Source: Candidatus Hermodarchaeota archaeon
GTDB lineage: Archaea; Asgardarchaeota; Hermodarchaeia; Hermodarchaeales; Hermodarchaeaceae
Length of the DNA: 64,000 nt
NCBI GenBank assembly: GCA_016840065.1
Contig: JAEOTB010000054.1
Location: forward strand, 16,483-80,482
Direction of reading: 5' to 3'
Shown piece after piece: positions 57,827 through 64,000 of the stretch (position 1 is the stretch's first letter; the number at the start of each line of letters is the position of its first letter). Position numbers and translations under genes: made by a program. The notes below the pieces were generated by a model that saw nothing but the letters and a program-made list of their open reading frames with translations, was not told the origin of the DNA and ran no database searches.

Positions 57827-58816
57827 ATGAAGAAGAAAATGGGACAAGAAAGTCTTAGTGAACAGAGTGTCAAACACGCAAATACCCTCAGAGCTATTCA
57901 GGTCAAAGAAATTTGCCCTAATTGTGGAGTTCTAGAAACAGTTCGGGATGTTCCCCGTGGTGAAATTATCTGCACGAACTGTGGACTTGTGCTCGATGCA
58001 CATCTCATTGATTACGGACCTGAGTGGCGAGCCTTTACCAAACAAGAACGCGATAAACAAAAGCGTGTTGGAGATCCCCCTAGTCTTACCCGGTTCGATA
58101 AAGGCCTCAGCACCGACATCGACTGGCGAAACCGTGATGCTCGGAATAAATCAATAGCTCCAAGCCGCCTTGCTGAGATCTACAGACTTCGCAAATGGCA
58201 CCAACGCTCTCGAGTGCGTATAAATAAGTCTCGAAATCTAGTCAGCGCATTAGCTGAATTAACACGGATAACAAGTCAATTAAATCTCCCCTATTCTGTG
58301 AAAGCATCAGCTGCACACCTCTATCGTCGTGCTCTAGAACTTAGGTTGATTCGTGGACGGAGCATTGAAGGCATAGTGACTGCGTGCGTCTACGCTGCTT
58401 GCAGAATCCGTAATATTCCACTTACCATGCAGCAAATTGCTCGCCATTGTCATATTGATCGAAAAGAGCTAGGACAGTCTTCTAGATTTCTCGTCCGTAC
58501 ACTAGATTTACGTATTCCTGTTTCCCAAGCTAGTGACTATATTCCTCAATTCTCTGAGGCTTTAAAGCTAGATAACCGGGTGATACGTCGAGCCCTCCAA
58601 ATTATCGATGATGCACGAAGCAAATTGATTAGTACAGGTAAAGCACCCACAGGTATAGCAGCATCTTGTCTTTACATAGCTTGTATTCTTGAAGGTGTGA
58701 CTCGTACTCAGCGAGAAATTGCGAAAGTATCCGGAATAACTGAAGTGACGATTCGTAATCGATATAAGGAAATTATTGATCAGCTCGGAATCACTTTACA
58801 ATATCCTCAGAATTAA
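57827..58816 (+). CDS. tfb: Transcription initiation factor IIB (TFB)
   Basis: CPNC...CTNCG Zn ribbon, DYGPEWRAF B-reader, RLRKW, GRSIEG, TQREIA.V.G.TEVTIRNRYKE. Confidence 0.95.
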   Translation: MKKKMGQESLSEQSVKHANTLRAIQVKEICPNCGVLETVRDVPRGEIICTNCGLVLDAHLIDYGPEWRAFTKQERDKQKRVGDPPSLTRFDKGLSTDIDWRNRDARNKSIAPSRLAEIYRLRKWHQRSRVRINKSRNLVSALAELTRITSQLNLPYSVKASAAHLYRRALELRLIRGRSIEGIVTACVYAACRIRNIPLTMQQIARHCHIDRKELGQSSRFLVRTLDLRIPVSQASDYIPQFSEALKLDNRVIRRALQIIDDARSKLISTGKAPTGIAASCLYIACILEGVTRTQREIAKVSGITEVTIRNRYKEIIDQLGITLQYPQN

Positions 58817-59121
58817 GAAGGGAAGAATGATAATCGGAGAAAAGCCATTGTAACAGGGCATGAACCTGTGTTCTTTTAGCTGGAGGCGATTCAGAGGTGG
58901 TTTTTCCCTTTCGGGTTGGAGATATTTTCGAAATAGTCTTTGTTGCGCCCAGTTGAGAACATTTTGATTTATCAACGTATATTATATACATGGATATAAC
59001 AGAACATACAAGAAGTTAGAAACCCAAAAACTAGTCAGATGGTTCATAGAATGAATTACTGTTCAGTATTTGAATGCGCAAATTCGGAAGTAAACCGCCC
59101 ATTGATCATTAGGTGACCTCT

Positions 59122-59811
59122 TTGTCAAAGTATTCTACTCTAGGCGAGTTTCTACTCACTAGTGTTAAGGACACAATCAAACTCTCTTTCTCAGATATTG
59201 AGGCGATTTTAAGGTTCACTTTACCAAAATCAGCACGTAAATTCCGAACTTGGTGGGCAAACGACAGAACCCATTCCCATGCAAAGAATGGCTGGCTTGC
59301 CTATGGGTGGCGCGTAACCGAGATTGATTTCACAAACCAGCTCATTCACTTCAGACGCGTCGCAGCACTTAGACTAAAAAAACCTCCCCCCTACCCAAGT
59401 GTTTCAGACGCAGCCTCTATGTCAACACTTCAGCGTGTTCGGCAATTTGAAGGAAAAGCTAGACATTTTCTCTCTGAGTATTTTAGAGCGAAGTTGAGAC
59501 CAGGTATGTTTCCTGGTATCCCCAAGCTGTTTGATTACGTATCAAAGGATAGAAGCATTGTTGGAGAGGCAAAGTATCTTTCATTGGGAAAGGGTCGTAT
59601 TCAACCCGCTAAGTTTGCATCTGTATCTGAGACTGTCTGGTTACTAGAACAAGTTAAGGCAAAACGAAAGTTTCTGATTTTTGGTAAATCAAAGGATATC
59701 CCGATGAAATGGTTACAGCGCTATGGACATCTCGTAAAAGACATCGCCTTCTACTTTTGGAACGAGACAAGCGACCTAGAACTCCTGGCAAAACCGAGTC
59801 AGGACAATTAA
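59122..59811 (+). CDS. Small N-terminal DNA-binding-like domain fused to a PD-(D/E)xK nuclease-like domain
   Basis: SKY..L.EFL...I.LSFSDIEAIL...LP.SA.....WWAN; C-terminal FDYVS.D..IVGEAK. Confidence 0.6.
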   Translation: MSKYSTLGEFLLTSVKDTIKLSFSDIEAILRFTLPKSARKFRTWWANDRTHSHAKNGWLAYGWRVTEIDFTNQLIHFRRVAALRLKKPPPYPSVSDAASMSTLQRVRQFEGKARHFLSEYFRAKLRPGMFPGIPKLFDYVSKDRSIVGEAKYLSLGKGRIQPAKFASVSETVWLLEQVKAKRKFLIFGKSKDIPMKWLQRYGHLVKDIAFYFWNETSDLELLAKPSQDN

Positions 59812-60014
59812 TGGGTTTTCTTAATGATTGCAGCGTAAGCTCTTGCGTAGAAATAAGTAACCCAAGATTCACGGATAGGATACAATCCAGCGCGAGGTAA
59901 TGCAGCGGTTTGCTGCCAGTCGCGCTCATAGGCGATGAAGTCACAGGCGATTATAGGCTTTGGGATAGAGAAGATTTAATTAGAAGATTGTAGTTTGGCA
60001 GGTAAGGCGTTGCA

Positions 60015-60947
60015 ATGACGTTTAGTGTGAAGAACATCATAAGCATCGCTGATCTAGCTGACAAGGATATTCTCACCATTCTTGACCGCGCCGACAAGAT
60101 GGAACGGTTGGCTCGTGGTGGGAAACAATCCCGTCTGCTGGAAGGGCGAATCCTAGCAACCCTCTTTTATGAGCCATCGACTCGAACTCGTCTGAGCTTT
60201 GAATCAGCCATGCTAAGGCTTGGCGGGTCAACTGTTAGCGTTGCCCAAGTTGGAGCTTCCTCAGTAGTAAAGGGTGAATCTCTCGCAGATACGATTCGTA
60301 CCGTAGAGAGCTACTCTGACATCATTGTGCTGCGTCACCCTCAAGAGGGCGCTGCTCAATGGGCTGCTGAAGTGGCCAGTATCCCGATAATCAACGCGGG
60401 AGACGGGGCTGGGCGCCATCCAACTCAAACGCTTCTAGACCTTGCTACTATTAGGAAAAGTCAGGGAAAACTAGAGGGGTTGAATGTAGCCGTTCTGGGT
60501 GATCTGCGCTTTGGTCGAACGGTACACTCCCTTTCCTACGCTATAACGAGGTTTACCGATAAGCTCTACTGTGTTGCTCCTGAGGGTTTGGAACTGCCAC
60601 CAGAGATTGTAATGGATCTGGAAGGGCAAAACAAGGAGATTGTACAAACTGGTGACTTGCAGGGTATTCTGCCTGACTTGGATGTCCTATATGTTACTCG
60701 GATTCAGAAGGAAAGGTTTCCAAGCCCTGCAGACTACGAGCGCGTTCGTGGCCAATATGTTATTGACCTTCCTTTACTCGAACATGCAAAACCAACCTTG
60801 GACATCCTTCATCCACTGCCCCGTGTGGACGAGATTGCACCCGCTGTAGACAAGACACCCTATGCTCGATACTTCTCTCAGGTTTTCAACGGCCTCGTAG
60901 TTAGAATGGCTGTACTCGATTTACTTATGGAGGCTCACAAGACATGA
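60015..60947 (+). CDS. pyrB: Aspartate carbamoyltransferase catalytic subunit
   Basis: FYEPSTRTRLSFE, KGESL.DT, NAGDG...HPTQ, RIQKER, HPLPR. Confidence 0.97.
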   Translation: MTFSVKNIISIADLADKDILTILDRADKMERLARGGKQSRLLEGRILATLFYEPSTRTRLSFESAMLRLGGSTVSVAQVGASSVVKGESLADTIRTVESYSDIIVLRHPQEGAAQWAAEVASIPIINAGDGAGRHPTQTLLDLATIRKSQGKLEGLNVAVLGDLRFGRTVHSLSYAITRFTDKLYCVAPEGLELPPEIVMDLEGQNKEIVQTGDLQGILPDLDVLYVTRIQKERFPSPADYERVRGQYVIDLPLLEHAKPTLDILHPLPRVDEIAPAVDKTPYARYFSQVFNGLVVRMAVLDLLMEAHKT

Positions 60948-61438
60948 CACCAAAGTCATCTGGAGGACCAAGAGAACTCTCTGTTCAGAAAATCAAAGGT
61001 GGGACTGTGATAGACCATATCACAGCAGGCTATGCGCTAGCCGTCCTGCAAATATTGGGAATCACTGGGCGAGAAGGAGACATCCTACTGGTTGCTATGA
61101 ACATGCAAAGCAAACGGCTGAAGAAAAAGGACCTTGTCAAGGTGGAGGGGCGGGAGCTCACCACAGAGGAGATTAACCGAATCGCATTAGTTGCTCCTAA
61201 GGCTACTATTAACATCATTCGCGACTTCAAGGTTCACCATAAGGAACGAATTGCTGTTCCTGATGTAATAGAGGGAATTGTACATTGTGCAAACCCCAGT
61301 TGCATCACGAACAATGAACGTGGAATTTCAAGTTCCTTCAATGTTGTCCAGCGGAACCCTGTAACCCTTCGCTGCACTTATTGTAAACAAATCACAAGCC
61401 ACGACCAAATTATCAACCAATTACTTGGTGAAAGCTAG
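60944..61438 (+). CDS. pyrI: Aspartate carbamoyltransferase regulatory subunit
   Basis: L.V.KI..GTVIDHI, KD.VK.E, ATINII, C.NPSCIT...LRC.YC. Confidence 0.95.
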   Translation: MTPKSSGGPRELSVQKIKGGTVIDHITAGYALAVLQILGITGREGDILLVAMNMQSKRLKKKDLVKVEGRELTTEEINRIALVAPKATINIIRDFKVHHKERIAVPDVIEGIVHCANPSCITNNERGISSSFNVVQRNPVTLRCTYCKQITSHDQIINQLLGES

Positions 61439-61455
61439 CAAGAGGTGTAGAATAA

Positions 61456-62841
61456 ATGAGTGGTGAATTTGGAGCAGCCTTCCGAAAGCTGTTAGAACAG
61501 CGAACTGAGTCTCAGCGTTCACGGGTTATCCATGCCCTTGACATTGCAAACACCTTATCCCCTGACGCTCCTCAAGCTCAGAGAGAAACACTCGTCGAGC
61601 AAGCTTGCCAGATTGCGCGAAGTGTCGCTCCACATGTAGCCGCCATAAAACTCAACTATCCACTGGTTCTAGCTACAGGTGTTGAGATCGCTCACAAGAT
61701 AAAACAGGTCATTTCTGGTATTCCCCTTATTGCTGATTTCAAAGTCGCAGATATCGATAACACGAACGCCTGGATAGCCCGGCACACCTTCTCAGCGGGT
61801 TTCGACGCAGTCATCGTCCACGCCTTCATTGGAAGAGATGCGATTCAAGCTGTTCTCGACGAAGCCCGAAACTACGGTGGTCGAGGAGTAATACTCGTAG
61901 TTGATATGAGTCATCCCGGTGCGCTTCAGTTCATCCATCCTCAAGCAGAAAAACTTAGCAGACTCGCAGTAGAGCTGGATGTCACAGGGGTTATTGCTCC
62001 TGGCACTCGTCCAGAACATGTTACCCAGATTCGTTCATGGATAGGTCCTAACCACCTCATCCTTACCCCTGGTGTTGGTGCTCAAGGTGGTAAACCAGGC
62101 TCAGCCATCGCGGCAGGTGCAGATTATGAGATTATTGGGCGTTCAATATACCAAGCAAAGAGCCCAACCAAGGCTGCGAAAGAATTCGCTGCAGCGACAT
62201 ACAAGGCAAAAGCACATCGAACACCAGTTAGAGAAGGAGTAGATTTTGTTGATGAAATTTCCCAAATCCTGTACGATACGCAGGCTTTCAAGTTCGGCTC
62301 CTTCACCCTCGGTTCAGGTATAGTGAGCCCTTTTTACATCGACCTTCGGCTCCTCCCTTCTTATCCCGCATCCTTTGCCCGCTTGACAGATTTACAGCTC
62401 CAGTGGCTAGCAGCTCACCCAGAAATTAAATTTGATCGAATTGCAGGAATACCCACGGCAGGCTTGTCCTTTGGTACCATGCTGTCGCAGCGGCTAGAAA
62501 AGCCTCTCATCTATGTACGCAAGAAGGCAAAGGGGTATGGTAGAAAGCGACTTGTCGAAGGCAAGTTCGAGTCCGGTGATACAGTACTCGTTGTGGATGA
62601 CCTAATAACTGATGGTGGAAGCAAACTGGAGACAGCTAAAGTCCTAAGAGACGAGGGGCTTAAGGTCAAGGATGTTTTTGTCGTCGTTGACCGTGAACAG
62701 GGTGGCGGCGCCCAACTCGCAGAAGTAGATCTCCAGCTTAGAGCCCTTGTAAAAATCTCTGATCTGGTGAACACTCTTGTTCAGAGGGGACATCTCACCA
62801 AGCAACAAGCACAGCGAATCCGTGACTACATCAACCGCTAA
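61456..62841 (+). CDS. pyrFE: Fused orotidine-5'-phosphate decarboxylase / orotate phosphoribosyltransferase
   Basis: N-terminal ALD, AIK, DFKVADI, TPGVGAQGG, IIGRSIY; C-terminal F.L.SG..SP.YIDLR, VRK..K.YG, VVDDLITDGGS, VVDREQGG. Confidence 0.93.
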   Translation: MSGEFGAAFRKLLEQRTESQRSRVIHALDIANTLSPDAPQAQRETLVEQACQIARSVAPHVAAIKLNYPLVLATGVEIAHKIKQVISGIPLIADFKVADIDNTNAWIARHTFSAGFDAVIVHAFIGRDAIQAVLDEARNYGGRGVILVVDMSHPGALQFIHPQAEKLSRLAVELDVTGVIAPGTRPEHVTQIRSWIGPNHLILTPGVGAQGGKPGSAIAAGADYEIIGRSIYQAKSPTKAAKEFAAATYKAKAHRTPVREGVDFVDEISQILYDTQAFKFGSFTLGSGIVSPFYIDLRLLPSYPASFARLTDLQLQWLAAHPEIKFDRIAGIPTAGLSFGTMLSQRLEKPLIYVRKKAKGYGRKRLVEGKFESGDTVLVVDDLITDGGSKLETAKVLRDEGLKVKDVFVVVDREQGGGAQLAEVDLQLRALVKISDLVNTLVQRGHLTKQQAQRIRDYINR

Positions 62842-62926
62842 CAAAGGAGCAGAAAATCGGAGTCAGTTAACTGGTTGCGCCTTCTTCTTATGAGATTACT
62901 ACGCAGGTTTAGGTGGTGAATGCTTT

Positions 62927-63154
62927 ACGTCATCAGGTAAGCCGAGACCCCACCCAATCGAATCCCCCAGAGCCACAATCTTTGGCCCAACAATTGTTCA
63001 ACTCAGCCCCGAAGATTTCGTGACTGTGATCGTCGGGAAGAACTTAACCATCATCACCAATGATTATGGAATTGAAGCCCGCGGAAGGCGGAACCCATAT
63101 TATTACGTGGCTTGTGATGTACCAATCACTATACAGAATATTGCTAACACATAA
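62927..63154 (+). pseudogene. Degenerate third copy of paralog family A (ACG in the start position, diverged 3' end)
   Basis: TSSGKPRPHPIESPRATIFGPTIVQLSPEDFVTVIVGKNLTII...YYYVA aligns with the 39473/39804 proteins; preceded by GGTGGTGAA. Confidence 0.6.
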
Positions 63155-63365
63155 TCGAAAGAGAAACACCTTTAAACCATCAAAAGCTTCCCCTTTGCCG
63201 ATTAGCAAATAGGATAATTTCGTTTTTTCACAGAAATTTAACTTATCATGCTATGCAGCTATTCCATTGAATTGCATTCAACGGAACAGCACGGTTGCGT
63301 GGCACAGCCAACCCTTCCCCTGGAAGGAAGCCACAACCCAATCGAAGACAACCGAGGTGAACCAT

Positions 63366-63560
63366 ATGGAAAAAGGAACTGTCAAATGGTTTAATCCAGA
63401 CCGCAACTACGGCTTCATCGAACGAGAAACCGGAAGCGACGTCTATGTCCACGGAAGCGAAGTCGAAGGCAATAAAACCCTCAAAGAAGGCGACAAAGTC
63501 ACCTTCGAAATCGAACAAGGCGACCGCGGACCCAGAGCCGTTAAAGTCAAATTAGAATAA
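63366..63560 (+). CDS. cspA: Cold-shock protein (CspA family)
   Basis: [10 protein letters not shown]...YGFI...DVYVH.S...[19 protein letters not shown]; GAGGTGA SD. Confidence 0.95.
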   Translation: MEKGTVKWFNPDRNYGFIERETGSDVYVHGSEVEGNKTLKEGDKVTFEIEQGDRGPRAVKVKLE

Positions 63561-63856
63561 ACCACCTCACCACCACAAAAAACCACTAATCTCCTATTGA
63601 ACTCACTTCGAGTTGACCTTCAACCAAAACAGTCCATTCAAGGACAATAAGCCAATGAGTATTAATGGGATGGAAGTCGTCATCCAAAACGTCGCCATCT
63701 TTTACCTTCCGCTCATTGACTGCCATCTACTTTGAGAAATGACATACAAGGACTAGGGAGCCTCTTATCGGTGTAGAGATCGACATTGTAGCAAAGGACA
63801 TTGATTGGCCAAGCTCAGGCGCTACCACCTGAATCAAGCTAGTAGCAGTCTCTGGT

Positions 63857-64000
63857 TTATTCAGTGTCAGTGACTCGCCATCGCTGCCCAGCCAGAATAA
63901 TCACTATCAGTCCTCCAACGCCCAGCACGAATGTCAAGGGATAATGGGAATATTCCCAGGGCATTAGCCCCATTGCTGGTAGCCATAATTCAATGACCAG
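63857..64000 (-). CDS. C-terminal fragment of a membrane protein entering from the right edge
   Basis: LVIELWLPAMGLMPWEYSHYPLTFVLGVGGLIVIILAGQRWRVTDTE* open to the window end. Confidence 0.5.
   Translation of the reverse strand: MVIELWLPAMGLMPWEYSHYPLTFVLGVGGLIVIILAGQRWRVTDTE

Noticed and set aside
59880-59935. SECIS-like element on the minus strand (ATGA...AAA...GGA)
   Set aside because: The GA quartet is out of register and there is no upstream minus-strand gene with an in-frame TGA
63267-63365. 33-aa N-terminal extension of the cold-shock protein in the ORF track
   Set aside because: Canonical Csp begins at ATG 63366 behind a GAGGTGA SD; the upstream sequence is better explained as structured UTR
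63590-63730. Short minus-strand ORFs (31-46 aa) downstream of cspA
   Set aside because: No recognisable motif or convincing initiation signal

Overview
A 64-kb gene-dense archaeal chromosomal segment, most consistent with an Asgard archaeon. It encodes a longin-domain protein, a one-domain gelsolin (1DGelX type), a Rab-like small GTPase, a DENN-like protein, TFB and archaeal pterin-pathway enzymes; the lineage is inferred from gene content only. Left to right: (1) a >2,487-aa secreted tandem-repeat surface protein on the minus strand, running off the left edge and missed by the ORF track; (2) longin-coiled-coil, GT-C, M28 peptidase, gelsolin, multi-zinc-ribbon/CdvA-like and NUDIX genes; (3) a divergent hsp20/heat-shock-regulator pair with CTAAC-N5-GTTAG operators, a related motif recurring upstream of tfb; (4) an HDAC/AcuC gene, the GTPase and a lipid-linked glycosylation cluster; (5) methanopterin-type biosynthesis genes (DHPS-like, mptE, mptA, DUF447, RFAP synthase, DUF1464, ATP-grasp) split by an accessory block with two beta-helix surface proteins; (6) a Zn-domain-wHTH / MinD-ParA / DENN-like-wHTH operon followed by a large alpha-solenoid; (7) an opine dehydrogenase + cobalamin-dependent mutase-like operon with a divergent regulator; (8) tfb, a putative nuclease, pyrB-pyrI-pyrF/E fusion and a cold-shock gene with a structured leader. 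No rRNA, tRNA, CRISPR array or transposase was recognised. All family assignments come from motif recognition by eye, not database searches.
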